A stretch of 64,000 bases of DNA from Eledone cirrhosa (GCA_964016885.1 OZ024741.1:132370001-132434000), one strand, 5' to 3'; shown: positions 15,401-30,900, counted from the stretch's first letter. Made by a program: numbers and translations. The notes: generated from the letters alone by a model not told the origin.

Positions 15401-18400
15401 TGGTCTGACGTCTTTTTACTAGATAATTCAGTTAAACAAGCCACACTGAAGCTATGGTCTGACGTCTTTTTACTACATAATTCAGTTAAACAAGCCACAC
15501 TGAGGCTAAGGACTGACATCTTTTTACTAGATAATTCAGTTAAACAAGCCACACTGAAGCTATGGTCTTACGTCTTTTTACTAGATAATTCAGTTAAACA
15601 AGCCACACTGAGGCTATGGTCTGACGTCTTTTTACTAGATAATTCTGTTAAACAAGCCAGACTGAGGCTATGGACTGACGTCTTTTCACTAGATAATTCA
15701 GTTAAACAAGCCACACTAAGGCTATGGACTGACGTCTTTTTACTAGATAATTCAGTTAAACAAGCCGCACTGAGGCTATGGTCTGACGTCTTTTCACTAG
15801 ATAATTCAGTTAAACAAGCCACACTGAAGCTATGGTCTGACGTCTTTTCACTAGATAATTCAGTTAAACAAGCCGCACTGAAGCTATGGTCTGACGTCTT
15901 TTCACTAGATAATTCAGTTAAACAAGCCGCACTGAGGCTATGGTCTGACGTCTTTTCACTAGATAATTCAGTTAAACAAGCCGCACCGAGGCTATGGACT
16001 GACGTCTTTTTACTAGATAATTCAGTTAAACAAGCCACACTGAGGCTATGGTCTGACGTCTTTTCACTAGATAATTCAATTAAACAAGCCACACTGAGGC
16101 TATGGTCTGACGTCTTTTCACTAGATAATTCAGTTAAACAAGCCACACTGAGGCTATGGACTGACGTCTTTTTACTAGATAATTCAGTTAAACAAGCCAC
16201 ACTGAGGCTATGGTCTGACGTCTTTTCACTAGATAATTCAGTTAAACAAGCAACACTGAAGCTATGGTCTGACGTCTTTTCACTAGATAATTCAGTTAAA
16301 CAAGCCGCACTGAAGCTATGGTCTGACGTCTTTTCACTAGATAATTCAGTTAAACAAGCCGCACTGAGGCTATGGTCTGACGTCTTTTCACTAGATAATT
16401 CAGTTAAACAAGCCGCACCGAGGCTATGGACTGACGTCTTTTTACTAGATAATTCAGTTAAACAAGCCACACTGAGGCTATGGTCTGACCTCTTTTCACT
16501 AGATAATTCAATTAAACAAGCCACACTGAGGCTATGGTCTGACGTCTTTTCACTAGATAATTCAGTTAAACAAGCCACACTGAGGCTATGGACTGACGTC
16601 TTTTTTCTAGATAATTCAGTTAAACAAGCCACACTGAGGCTATGGTCTGACGTCTTTTCACTAGATAATTCAGTTAAACAAGCCACACTGAGGCTATGGA
16701 CTGACGTCTTTTTACTAGATAATTCAGTTAAACAAGCCACACTGAGGCTATGGACTGACGTCTTTTTACTAGATATTTCAGTTAAACAAGCCGCACCGAG
16801 GCTATGGACTGACGTCTTTTTACTAGATAATTCAGTTAAACAAGCCACACTGAGGCTATGGACTGGCGTCTTTTTACTCGATAATTCAGTTAAACAAGCC
16901 ACACTGAGGCTATGGTCTGACGTCTTTTCACTAGATAATTCAGTTAAACAAGCCACACTGAGGCTATGGACTGACGTCTTTTTACTACATAATTCAATTA
17001 AACAAGCCACACTGAGGCTATGGACTGACATCTTTTTACTAGATAATTCAGTTAAACAAGCCACACTGAAGCTATGGTCTGACGTCTTTTTACTAGATAA
17101 TTCAGTTAAACAAGCCACACTGAGGCTATGGACTGACGTCTTTTTACTAGATAATTCAGTTAAACAAGCCGCACTGAGGCTATGGTCTGACGTCTTTTCA
17201 CTAGATAATTCAGTTAAACAAGCCTCACTGAGGCTATGGACTGACGTCTTTTTACTAGATAATTCAGTTAAACAAGCCGCACCGAGGCTATGGACTGACG
17301 TCTTTTTACTAGATAATTCAGTTAAACAAGCCACACTGAGACTATGGACTGACGTCTTTCTACTAGATAATTCAGTTAAACAAGCCACACTGAGGCTATG
17401 GTCTGACGTCTTTTCACTAGATAATTCAGTTAAACAAGCCACACTGAGGCTATGGACTGACGTCTTTTCACTAGATAATTCAGTTAAACAAGCCACACTG
17501 AGGCTATGGACTGACGTCTTTTTACTAGATAATTCAGTTAAACAAGCCACACTGAGGCTATGGACTGACGTCTTTTTACTAGATAATTCAGTTAAACAAG
17601 CCGCACCGAGGCTATGGACTGACGTCTTTTTACTAGATAATTCAGTTAAACAAGCCACACTGAGGCTATGGACTGGCGTCTTTTTACTAGATAATTCAGT
17701 TAAACAAGCCACACTGAGGCTATGGTCTGACGTCTTTTCACTAGATAATTCAGTTAAACAAGCCACACTGAGGCTATGGACTTACGTCTTTTTACTACAT
17801 AATTCAGTTAAACAAGCCACACTGAGGCTATGGACTGACATCTTTTTACTAGATAATTCAGTTAAACAAGCCACACTGAAGCTATGGTCTGACGTCTTTT
17901 TACTAGATAATTCAGTTAAACAAGCCACACTGAGGCTATGGTCTGACGTCTTTTTACTAGATAATTCAGTTAAACAAGCGAGACTGAGGCTATAGACTGA
18001 CGTCTTTTCACTAGATAATTCAATTAAACAAGCCACACTGAGGCTATGAACTGACGTCTTTTTACTAGATAATTCAGTTAAACAAGCCACACCGAGGCTA
18101 TGGACTGGCGTCTTTTTACTAGATAATTCAGTTAAACAAGCCACACTGAGGCTATGGACTGGCGTCTTTTTACTAGATAATTCAGTTAAACAAGCCACAC
18201 TGAGGCTATGGTCTGACGTCTTTTCACTAGATAATTCAGTTAAACAAGCCACACTGAGGCTATGGTCTGACGTCTTTTCACTAGATAATTCAGTTAAACA
18301 AGCCACACTGAGGATATGGTCTGACGTCTTTTTACTAGATAATTCAGTTAAACAAGCCACACTGAAGCTATGGTCCGACGTCTTTTTGCTACACAATTCA

Positions 18401-19100
18401 GTTAAACAAGCCACACTGAGGCTATGGACTGACATCTTTTTACTAGATAATTCAGTTAAACAAGCCACACTGAGGCTATGGACTGACGTCTTTTTACTAG
18501 ATAATTCAGTTAAACAAGCCACACTGAGGCTATGGACTGACGTGTTTTTACTAGATAATTCAGTTAAACTACCCACACCGACGCTATGGTCTGACGTCTT
18601 TTCACTAGATAATTCAGATAAACAAGCCACACTGAGGCTGTGAACTGACGTCTTTTTACTAGATAATTCAGTTAAACAAGCCACACTGAGACTATGGACT
18701 GACATCTTTTTACTAGATAATTCAGTTAAACAAGCCTCACTGAGGCTATGGACTGACGTCTTTTTACTAGATAATTCAGTTAAACAAGCCGCACCGAGGC
18801 TATGGACTGACGTCTTTTTACTAGATAATTCAGTTAAAACAAGTCACACTGAGGCTATGGACTGACGTCTTTTTACTAGATAATTCAGTTAAACAAGCCA
18901 CACTGAGGCTATGGTCTGACGTCTTTTCACTAGATAATTCAGTTAAACAAGCCACACTGAGGCTATGGTCTGACGTCTTTTTACTAGATAATTCAGTTAA
19001 ACAAGCCACACTGAGGCTATGGACTGACGTCTTTTTACTAGATAATTCAGTTAAACAAGCCGCACTGAGGCTATGGTCTGACGTCTTTTCACTAGATAAT
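15401..19100. repeat. Satellite domain B: transitional, more heterogeneous monomers with many singleton variants
   Basis: Variants I saw only once include GGCTAAGG (about 15504), GGTCTTAC (about 15564), GACCTC (about 16487), TTTCTACT (about 17357), GGACTTAC (about 17778), ACTACCCACACCGACGC (about 18568) and a 1-bp insertion (about 18836). A short 7-monomer duplication lies at about 15830 and 16260 or nearby. Boundaries approximate. Confidence 0.55.
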
Positions 19101-22100
19101 TCAGTTAAACAAGCCTCACTGAGGCTATGGACTGACGTCTTTTTACTGATAATTCAGTTAAACAAGCCGCACCGAGGCTATGGACTGACGTCTTTTTACT
19201 AGATAATTCAGTTAAACAAGCCACACTGTGGCTATGGTCTGACGTCTTTTCACTAGATAATTCAGTTAAACAAGCCACACTGAGGCTATGGTCTGACGTC
19301 GTCTTTTCACTAGATAATTCAGTTAAACAAGCCACACTGAGGCTATGGACTGACGTCTTTTTACTAGATAATTCAGTTAAACAAGCCACACTGAGGCTAT
19401 GGACTGACGTCTTTTTACTAGATAATTCAGTTAAACAAGCCACACTGAGGCTATGGACTGACGTCTTTTTACTACATAATTCAGTTAAACAAGCCACACT
19501 GAGGCTATGGACTGACATCTTTTTACTAGATAATTCAGTTAAACAAGCCACACTGAAGCTATGGTCTGACGTCTTTTTACTAGATAATTCAGTTAAACAA
19601 GCCACACTGAGGCTATGGTCTGACGTCTTTTTACTAGATAATTCAGTTAAACAAGCGAGACTGAGGCTATGGACTGACGTCTTTTCACTAGATAATTCAG
19701 TTAAACAAGCCACACTGAGGCTATGAACTGACGTCTTTTTACTAGATAATTCAGTTAAACAAGCCGCACCAAGGCTATGGTCTGGCGTCTTTTTACTAGA
19801 TAATTCAGTTAAACAAGCCACACTGAGGCTATGGACTGGCGTCTTTTTACTAGATAATTCAGTTAAACAAGCCACACTGAGGCTATGGTCTGACGTCTTT
19901 TCACTAGATAATTCAGTTAAACAAGCCGCACTGAGGCTATGGTCTGACGTCTTTTCACTAGATAATTCAGTTAAACAAGCCACACTGAGGCTATGGACTG
20001 ACGTCTTTTTACTAGATAATTCAGTTAAACAAGCCACACTGAAGCTATGGTCTGACGTCTTTTTACTACATAATGCAGTTAAACAAGCCACACTGAGGCT
20101 ATGGACTGACATCTTTTTACTAGATAATTCAGTTAAACAAGCCACACTGAAGCTATGGTCTGACGTCTTTTTACTAGATAATTCAGTTAAACAAGCCACA
20201 CTGAGGCTATGGTCTGACGTCTTTTTACTAGATAATTCAGTTAAACAAGCCAGACTGAGGCTATGGACTGACGTCTTTTCACTAGATAATTCAGTTAAAC
20301 AAGCCACACTGAGGCTATGGACTGACGTCTTTTTACTAGATAATTCAGTTAAACAAGCCGCACTGAGGCTATGGTCTGACGTCTTTTCACTAGATAATTC
20401 AGTTAAACAAGCCTCACTGAGGCTATGGACTGACGTCTTTTTACTAGATAATTCAGTTAAACAAGCCGCACCGAGGCTATGGACTGACGTCTTTTTACTA
20501 GATAATTCAGTTAAACAAGCCACACTGAGGCTATGGACTGACGTCTTTTTACTAGATAATTCAGTTAAACAAGACACACTGAGGCTATGGACTGGCGTCT
20601 TTTTACTAGATAATTCAGTTAAACAAGCCACACTGAGGCTATGGTCTGACGTCTTTTCACTAGATAATTCAGTTAAACAAGCCACACTGAGGCTATGGAC
20701 TGACGTCTTTTTACTACATAATTCAGTTAAACAAGCCACACTGAGGCTATGGACTGACATCTTTTTACTAGATAATTCAGTTAAACAAGCCACACTGAAG
20801 CTATGGTCTGACGTCTTTTTACTAGATAATTCAGTTAAACAAGCCACACTGAGGCTATGGTCTGACGTCTTTTTACTAGATAATTCAGTTAAACAAGCCA
20901 GACTGAGGCTATGGACTGACGTCTTTTCACTAGATAATTCAGTTAAACAAGCCACACTGAGGCTATGGACTGACGTCTTTTTACTAGATAATTCAGTTAA
21001 ACAAGCCGCGCCGAGGCTATGGACTGGCGTCTTTTTACTAGATAATTCAGTTAAACAAGCCACACTGAGGCTATGGACTGGCGTCTTTTTACTAGATAAT
21101 TCAGTTAAACAAGCCACACTGAGGCTATGGTCTGACGTCTTTTCATAAGATAATTCAGTTAAACAAGCCACACTGAGGCTATGGTCTAACGCCTTTCACT
21201 AGATAATTCAGTTAAACAAGCCACACTGAGGCTATGGACTGACGTCTTTTTACTAGATAATTCAGTTAAACAAGCCACACTGAGGCTATGGTCTGACGTC
21301 TTTTTACTAGATAATTCAGTTAAACAAGCCACACTGAAGCTATGGTCCGACGTCTTTTTGCTACATAATTCAGTTAAACAAGCCACACTGAGGCTATGGA
21401 CTGACGTCTTTTCACTAGATAATTCAGTTAAACAAGCCACACTGAGGCTATGAACTGACGTCTTTTTACTAGATAATTCAGTTAAACAAGCCGCACCAAG
21501 GCTATGGACTGGCGTCTTTTTACTAGATAATTCAGTTAAACAAGCCACACTGAGGCTATGGACTGGCGTCTTTTTACTAGATAATTCAGTTAAACAAGCC
21601 ACACTGAGGCTATGGTCTGACGTCTTTTCACTAGATAATTCAGTTAAACAAGCCGCACTGAGGCTATGGTCTGACGTCTTTTCACTAGATAATTCAGTTA
21701 AACAAGCCACACTGAGGCTATGGACTGACGTCTTTTTACTAGATAATTCAGTTAAACAAGCCACACTGAAGCTATGGTCTGACGTCTTTTTACTACATAA
21801 TGCAGTTAAACAAGCCACACTGAGGCTATGGACTGACATCTTTTTACTAGATAATTCAGTTAAACAAGCCACACTGAAGCTATGGTCTGACGTCTTTTTA
21901 CTAGATAATTCAGTTAAACAAGCCACACTGAGGCTATGGTCTGACGTCTTTTTACTAGATAATTCAGTTAAACAAGCCAGACTGAGGCTATGGACTGACG
22001 TCTTTTCACTAGATAATTCAGTTAAACAAGCCACACTGAGGCTATGGACTGACGTCTTTTTACTAGATAATTCAGTTAAACAAGCCGCACTGAGGCTATG

Positions 22101-24970
22101 GTCTGACGTCTTTTCACTAGATAATTCAGTTAAACAAGCCTCACTGAGGCTATGGACTGACGTCTTTTTACTAGATAATTCAGTTAAACAAGCCGCACCG
22201 AGGCTATGGACTGACGTCTTTTTACTAGATAATTCAGTTAAACAAGCCACACTGAGGCTATGGTCTGACGTCTTTTTACTAGATAATTCAGTTAAACAAG
22301 CCAGACTGAGGCTATGGACTGACGTCTTTTCACTAGATAATTCAGTTAAACAAGCCACACTGAGGCTATGGACTGACGTCTTTTTACTAGATAATTCAGT
22401 TAAACAAGCCGCGCCGAGGCTATGGACTGGCGTCTTTTTACTAGATAATTCAGTTAAACAAGCCACACTGAGGCTATGGACTGGCGTCTTTTTACTAGAT
22501 AATTCAGTTAAACAAGCCACACTGAGGCTATGGTCTGACGTCTTTTCATAAGATAATTCAGTTAAACAAGCCACACTGAGGCTATGGTCTAACGCCTTTC
22601 ACTAGATAATTCAGTTAAACAAGCCACACTGAGGCTATGGACTGACGTCTTTTTACTAGATAATTCAGTTAAACAAGCCACACTGAGGCTATGGTCTGAC
22701 GTCTTTTTACTAGATAATTCAGTTAAACAAGCCACACTGAAGCTATGGTCCGACGTCTTTTTGCTACATAATTCAGTTAAACAAGCCACACTGAGGCTAT
22801 GGACTGACATCTTTTTACTAGATAATTCAGTTAAACAAGCCACACTGAGGCTATGGTCTGACGTCTTTTTACTAGATAATTCAGTTAAACAAGCCACACT
22901 GAGGCTATGGACTGACGTCTTTTTACTAGATAATTCAGTTAAACAAGCCGCACTGAGGCTATGGTCTGACGTCTTTTCACTAGATAATTCAGTTAAACAA
23001 GCCTCACTGAGGCTATGGACTGACGTCTTTTTACTAGATAATTCAGTTAAACAAGCCGCACCGAGGCTATGGACTGACGTCTTTTTACTAGATAATTCAG
23101 TTAAACAAGCGAGACTGAGGCTATGGACTGACGTCTTTTCACTAGATAATTCAGTTAAACAAGCCACACTGAGGCTATGAACTGACGTCTTTTTACTAGA
23201 TAATTCAGTTAAACAAGCCGCACCAAGGCTATGGACTGGCGTCTTTTTACTAGATAATTCAGTTAAACAAGCCACACTGAGGCTATGGACTGGCGTCTTT
23301 TTACTAGATAATTCAGTTAAACAAGCCACACTGAGGCTATGGTCTGACGTCTTTTCACTAGATAATTCAGTTAAACAAGCCGCACTGAGGCTATGGTCTG
23401 ACGTCTTTTCACTAGATAATTCAGTTAAACAAGCCACACTGAGGCTATGGACTGACGTCTTTTTACTAGATAATTCAGTTAAACAAGCCACACTGAAGCT
23501 ATGGTCTGACGTCTTTTTACTACATAATGCAGTTAAACAAGCCACACTGAGGCTATGGACTGACATCTTTTTACTAGATAATTCAGTTAAAGAAGCCACA
23601 CTGAAGCTATGGTCTGACGTCTTTTTACTAGATAATTCAGTTAAACAAGCCACACTGAGGCTATGGTCTGACGTCTTTTTACTAGATAATTCAGTTAAAC
23701 AAGCCAGACTGAGGCTATGGACTGACGTCTTTTCACTAGATAATTCAGTTAAACAAGCCACACTGAGGCTATGGACTGACGTCTTTTTACTAGATAATTC
23801 AGTTAAACAAGCCGCACTGAGGCTATGGTCTGACGTCTTTTCACTAGATAATTCAGTTAAACAAGCCTCACTGAGGCTATGGACTGACGTCTTTTTACTA
23901 GATAATTCAGTTAAACAAGCCGCACCGAGGCTATGGACTGACGTCTTTTTACTAGATAATTCAGTTAAACAAGCCACACTGAGGCTATGGACTGACGTCT
24001 TTTTACTAGATAATTCAGTTAAACAAGACACACTGAGGCTATGGACTGGCGTCTTTTTACTAGATAATTCAGTTAAACAAGCCACACTGAGGCTATGGTC
24101 TGACGTCTTTTCACTAGATAATTCAGTTAAACAAGCCACACTGAGGCTATGGACTGACGTCTTTTTACTACATAATTCAGTTAAACAAGCCACACTGAGG
24201 CTATGGACTGACATCTTTTTACTAGATAATTCAGTTAAACAAGCCACACTGAAGCTATGGTCTGACGTCTTTTTACTAGATAATTCAGTTAAACAAGCCA
24301 CACTGAGGCTATGGTCTGACGTCTTTTTACTAGATAATTCAGTTAAACAAGCCAGACTGAGGCTATGGACTGACGTCTTTTCACTAGATAATTCAGTTAA
24401 ACAAGCCACACTGAGGCTATGGACTGACGTCTTTTTACTAGATAATTCAGTTAAACAAGCCGCGCCGAGGCTATGGACTGGCGTCTTTTTACTAGATAAT
24501 TCAGTTAAACAAGCCACACTGAGGCTATGGACTGGCGTCTTTTTACTAGATAATTCAGTTAAACAAGCCACACTGAGGCTATGGTCTGACGTCTTTTCAT
24601 AAGATAATTCAGTTAAACAAGCCACACTGAGGCTATGGTCTAACGCCTTTCACTAGATAATTCAGTTAAACAAGCCACACTGAGGCTATGGACTGACGTC
24701 TTTTTACTAGATAATTCAGTTAAACAAGCCACACTGAGGCTATGGTCTGACGTCTTTTTACTAGATAATTCAGTTAAACAAGCCACACTGAAGCTATGGT
24801 CCGACGTCTTTTTGCTACATAATTCAGTTAAACAAGCCACACTGAGGCTATGGACTGACATCTTTTTACTAGATAATTCAGTTAAACAAGCCACACTGAG
24901 GCTATGGTCTGACGTCTTTTTACTAGATAATTCAGTTAAACAAGCCACACTGAGGCTATGGACTGACGTC
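19101..24970. repeat. Satellite domain C: three related HOR copies (26- and 38-monomer periods)
   Basis: The linked markers GCCGCGCCG, TTTCATAAGA and the deletion monomer GGTCTAACGCCTTTCACT recur at 21186, 22589 and 24640. Spacings are 1403 (26x54-1) and 2051 (38x54-1). TAATGCAGTT occurs at about 20071, 21798 and 23526. Confidence 0.8.
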
Positions 24971-27900
24971 TTTTACTAGATAATTCAGTTAAACAAGCCG
25001 CACTGAGGCTATGGTCTGACGTCTTTTCACTAGATAATTCAGTTAAACAAGCCTCACTGAGGCTATGGACTGACGTCTTTTTACTAGATAATTCAGTTAA
25101 ACAAGCCGCACCGAGGCTATGGACTGACGTCTTTTTACTAGATAATTCAGTTAAACAAGCCACACTGAGGCTATGGACTGACGTCTTTTTACTAGATAAT
25201 TCAGTTAAACAAGCCACACTGAGGCTATGGTCTGACGTCTTTTCACTAGATAATTCAGTTAAACAAGCCACACTGAGGCTATGGACTGACGTCTTTTCAC
25301 TAGATAATTCAGTTAAACAAGCCACACTGAGGCTATGGACTGACGTCTTTTTACTAGATAATTCAGTTAAACAAGCCACACTGAGGCTATGGACTGACGT
25401 CTTTTTAGTAGATAATTCAGTTAAACAAGCCTCACTGAGGCTATGGACTGACGTCTTTTTACTAGATAATTCAGTTAAACAAGCCGCACCGAGGCTATGG
25501 ACTGACGTCTTTTTACTAGATAATTCAGTTAAACAAGCCACACTGAGGCTATGGACTGACGTCTTTTTACTAGATAATTCAGTTAAACAAGCCACACTGA
25601 GGCTATGGTCTGACGTCTTTTCACTAGATAATTCAGTTAAACAAGCCACACTGAGGCTATGGTCTGACGTCTTTTCACTAGATAATTCAGTTAAACAAGC
25701 CGCACTGAGGCTATGGACTGACGTCTTTTTACTAGATAATTCAGTTAAACAAGCCACACTGAGGCTATGGTCTGACGTCTTTTCACTAGATAATTCAGTT
25801 AAACAAGCCACACTGAGGCTATGGTCTGACGTCTTTTCACTAGATAATTCAGTTAAACAAGCCACACTGAGGCTATGGACTGACGTCTTTTTACTAGATA
25901 ATTCAGTTAAACAAGCCACACTGTGGCTATGGTCTGACGTCTTTTCACTAGATAATTCAGTTAAACAAGCCACACTGAGGCTATGGACTGACGTCTTTTT
26001 ACTAGATAATTCAGTTAAACAAGTCACACTGAGGCTATGGACTGACGTCTTTTTACTAGATAATTCAGTTAAACAAGCCGCACCGAGGCTATGGACTGAC
26101 GTCTTTTTACTAGATAATTCAGTTAAACAAGCCACACTGAGGCTATGGACTGGCGTCTTTTTACTAGATAATTCAGTTAAACAAGCCACACTGAGGCTAT
26201 GGTCTGACGTCTTTTCACTAGATAATTCAGTTAAACAAGCCACACTGAGGCTATGGACTGACGTCTTTTTACTACATAATTCAGTTAAGCAAGCCACACT
26301 GAGGCTATGGACTGACATCTTTTTACTAGATAATTCAGTTAAACAAGCCACACTGAAGCTATGGTCTGACGTCTTTTTACTAGATAATTCAGTTAAACAA
26401 GCCACACTGAGGCTATGGTCTGACGTCTTTTTACTAGATAATTCAGTTAAACAAGCCAGACTGAGGGTATGGACTGACGTCTTTTCACTAGATAATTCAG
26501 TTAAACAAGCTACACTGAGGCTATGGACTGACGTCTTTTTACTAGATAATTCAGTTAAACAAGCCGCACCGAGGCTATGGACTGGCGTCTTTTTGCTACA
26601 TAATTCAGTTAAACAAGCCACACTGAGGCTATGGACTGACATCTTTTTACTAGATAATTCAGTTAAACAAGCCACACTGAGGCTATGGTCTGACGTCTTT
26701 TTACTAGATAATTCAGTTAAACAAGCCACACTGAGGCTATGCACTGACGTCTTTTTACTAGATAATTCAGTTAAACAAGCCGCACTGAGGCTATGGTCTG
26801 ACGTCTTTTCACTAGATAATTCAGTTATACAAGCCTCACTGAGGCTATGGACTGACGTCTTTTTACTAGATAATTCAGTTAAACAAGCCGCACCGAGGCT
26901 ATGGACTGACGTCTTTTTACTAGATAATTCAGTTAAACAAGCCACACTGAGGCTATGGACTGACGTCTTTTTACTAGATAATTCAGTTAAACAAGCCACA
27001 CTGAGGCTATGGTCTGACGTCTTTTCACTAGATAATTCAGTTAAACAAGCCACACTGAGGCTATGGACTGACGTCTTTTCACTAGATAATTCAGTTAAAC
27101 AAGCCACACTGAGGCTATGGACTGACGTCTTTTTACTAGATAATTCAGTTAAACAAGCCACACTGAGGCTATGGACTGACGTCTTTTTACTAGATAATTC
27201 AGTTAAACAAGCCGCACCGAGGCTATGGACTGACGTCTTTTTACTAGATAATTCAGTTAAACAAGCCACACTGAGGCTATGGACTGGCGTCTTTTTACTA
27301 GATAATTCAGTTAAACAAGCCACACTGAGGCTATGGTCTGACGTCTTTTCACTAGATAATTCAGTTAAACAAGCCACACTGAGGCTATGGACTGACGTCT
27401 TTTTACTACATAATTCAGTTAAACAAGCCACACTGAGGCTATGGTCTGACGTCTTTTCACTAGATAATTCAGTTAAACAAGCCACACTGAGGCTATGGTC
27501 TGACGTCTTTTCACTAGATAATTCAGTTAAACAAGCCACACTGAGGCTATGGACTGACGTCTTTTTACTAGATAATTCAGTTAAACAAGCCACACTGAGG
27601 CTATGGTCTGACGTCTTTTTACTAGATAATTCAGTTAAACAAGCCACACTGAAGCTATGGTCCGACGTCTTTTTGCTACACAATTCAGTTAAACAAGCCA
27701 CACTGAGGCTATGGACTGACATCTTTTTACTAGATAATTCAGTTAAACAAGCCACACTGAGGCTATGGACTGACGTCTTTTTACTAGATAATTCAGTTAA
27801 ACAAGCGACACTGAGGCTATGGACTGACGTCTTTTTACTAGATAATTCAGTTAAACAAGCCGCACCGAGGCTATGGACTGACGTCTTTTTACTAGATAAT

Positions 27901-30900
27901 TCAGTTAAACAAGCCACACTGAGGCTATGGACTGGCGTCTTTTTACTAGATAATTCAGTTAAACAAGCCACACTGAGGCTATGGACTGGCGTCTTTTTAC
28001 TAGTTAATTCAGTTAAACTAGGCACACCGAGGCTATGGTCTGACGTCTTTTCACTAGATAATTCAGATAAACAAGCCACACTGAGGCTGTGAACTGACGT
28101 CTTTTTACTAGATAATTCAGTTAAACAAGCCACACTGAGAGTATGGACTGACGTCTTTTTACTAGATAATTCAGTTAAACAAGCCTCACTGAGGCTATGG
28201 ACTGACGTCTTTTTACTAGATAAGTCAGTTAAACAAGCCGCACCGAGGCTATGGACTGACGTCTTTTTACTAGATAATTCAGTTAAACAAGCCACACTGA
28301 GGCTATGGACTGACGTCTTTTTACTAGATAATTCAGTTAAACAAGCCACACTGAGGCTATGGTCTGACGTCTTTTCACTAGATAATTCAGTTAAACAAGC
28401 CACACTGAGGCTATGGACTGACGTCTTTTCACTAGATAATTCAGTTAAACAAGCCACACTGAGGCTATGGACTGACGTCTTTTTACTAGATAATTCAGTT
28501 AAACAAGCCACACTGAGGCTATGGACTGACGTCTTTTTACTAGATAATTCAGTTAAACAAGCCTCACTGAGGCTATGGACTGACGTCTTTTTACTAGATA
28601 ATTCAGTTAAACAAGCCGCACCGAGGCTATGGACTGACGTCTTTTTACTAGATAATTCAGTTAAACAAGCCACACTGAGGCTATGGACTGACGTCTTTTT
28701 ACTAGATAATTCAGTTAAACAAGCCACACTGAGGCTATGGTCTGACGTCTTTTCACTAGATAATTCAGTTAAACAAGCCACACTGAGGCTATGGTCTGAC
28801 GTCTTTTCACTAGATAATTCAGTTAAACAAGCCGCACTGAGGCTATGGACTGACGTATTTTTACTAGATAATTCAGTTAAACAAGCCACACTGAGGCTAT
28901 GGTCTGACGTCTTTTCACTAGATAATTCAGTTAAACAAGCCACACTGAGGCTATGGTCTGACGTCTTTTCACTAGATAATTCAGTTAAACAAGCCACACT
29001 GAGGCTATGGACTGACGTCTTTTCACTAGATAATTCAGTTAAACAAGCCACACTGAGGCTATGGACTGACGTCTTTTTACTAGATAATTCAGTTAAACAA
29101 GCCACACTGAGGCTATGGACTGACGTCTTTTTACTAGATAATTCAGTTAAACAAGCCTCACTGAGGCTATGGACTGACGTCTTTTTACTAGATAATTCAG
29201 TTAAACAAGCCGCACCGAGGCTATGGACTGACGTCTTTTTACTAGATAATTCAGTTAAACAAGCCACACTGAGGCTATGGACTGACGTCTTTTTACTAGA
29301 TAATTCAGTTAAACAAGCCACACTGAGGCTATGGTCTGACGTCTTTTCACTAGATAATTCAGTTAAACAAGCCACACTGAGGCTATGGTCTGACGTCTTT
29401 TCACTAGATAATTCAGTTAAACAAGCCGCACTGAGGCTATGGACTGACGTCTTTTTACTAGATAATTCAGTTAAACAAGCCACACTGAGGCTATGGTCTG
29501 ACGTCTTTTCACTAGATAATTCAGTTAAACAAGCCACACTGAGGCTATGGTCTGACGTCTTTTCACTAGATAATTCAGTTAAACAAGCCACACTGAGGCT
29601 ATGGACTGACGTCTTTTTACTAGATAATTCAGTTAAACAAGCCACACTGTGGCTATGGTCTGACGTCTTTTCACTAGATAATTCAGTTAAACAAGCCACA
29701 CTGAGGCTATGGACTGACGTCTTTTTACTAGATAATTCAGTTAAACAAGCCACACTGAGGCTATGGACTGACGTCTTTTTACTAGATAATTCAGTTAAAC
29801 AAGCCGCACCGAGGCTATGGACTGACGTCTTTTTACTAGATAATTCAGTTAAACAAGCCACACTGAGGCTATGGACTGGCGTCTTTTTACTAGATAATTC
29901 AGTTAAACAAGCCACACTGAGGCTATGGTCTGACGTCTTTTCACTAGATAATTCAGTTAAACAAGCCACACTGAGGCTATGGACTGACGTCTTTTTACTA
30001 CATAATTCAGTTAAACAAGCCACACTGAGGCTATGGACTGACATCTTTTTACTAGATAATTCAGTTAAACAAGCCACACTGAAGCTATGGTCTGACGTCT
30101 TTTTACTAGATAATTCAGTTAAACAAGCCACACTGAGGCTATGGTCTGACGTCTTTTTACTAGATAATTCAGTTAAACAAGCCAGACTGAGGGTATGGAC
30201 TGACGTCTTTTCACTAGATAATTCAGTTAAACAAGCTACACTGAGGCTATGGACTGACGTCTTTTTACTAGATAATTCAGTTAAACAAGCCGCACCGAGG
30301 CTATGGACTGGCGTCTTTTTGCTACATAATTCAGTTAAACAAGCCACACTGAGGCTATGGACTGACATCTTTTTACTAGATAATTCAGTTAAACAAGCCA
30401 CACTGAGGCTATGGTCTGACGTCTTTTTACTAGATAATTCAGTTAAACAAGCCACACTGAGGCTATGCACTGACGTCTTTTTACTAGATAATTCAGTTAA
30501 ACAAGCCGCACTGAGGCTATGGTCTGACGTCTTTTCACTAGATAATTCAGTTATACAAGCCTCACTGAGGCTATGGACTGACGTCTTTTTACTAGATAAT
30601 TCAGTTAAACAAGCCGCACCGAGGCTATGGACTGACGTCTTTTTACTAGATAATTCAGTTAAACAAGCCACACTGAGGCTATGGACTGACGTCTTTTTAC
30701 GAGATAATTCAGTTAAACAAGCCACACTGAGGCTATGGTCTGACGTCTTTTCACTAGATAATTCAGTTAAACAAGCCACACTGAGGCTATGGACTGACGT
30801 CTTTTCACTAGATAATTCAGTTAAACAAGCCACACTGAGGCTATGGACTGACGTCTTTTTACTAGATAATTCAGTTAAACAAGCCACACTGAGGCTATGG

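Noticed and set aside
19190-19233. V(D)J 23-RSS-like signal on the minus strand (CACAGTG, 23 bp, AGTAAAAAG) in the CTGTGG variant monomers
   Set aside because: The nonamer matches ACAAAAACC at only 5/9. The consensus monomer reads CTCAGTG and lacks the essential CAC. No V or J segments are present, so this is most likely coincidence.
24968-24976. Singleton 1-bp deletion in the T-run (and the singleton A insertion at about 18836) as meaningful boundaries or programmed frameshifts
   Set aside because: Both are single occurrences in homopolymers and could be sequencing or consensus errors, unlike the recurrent indels that travel with their HOR blocks.
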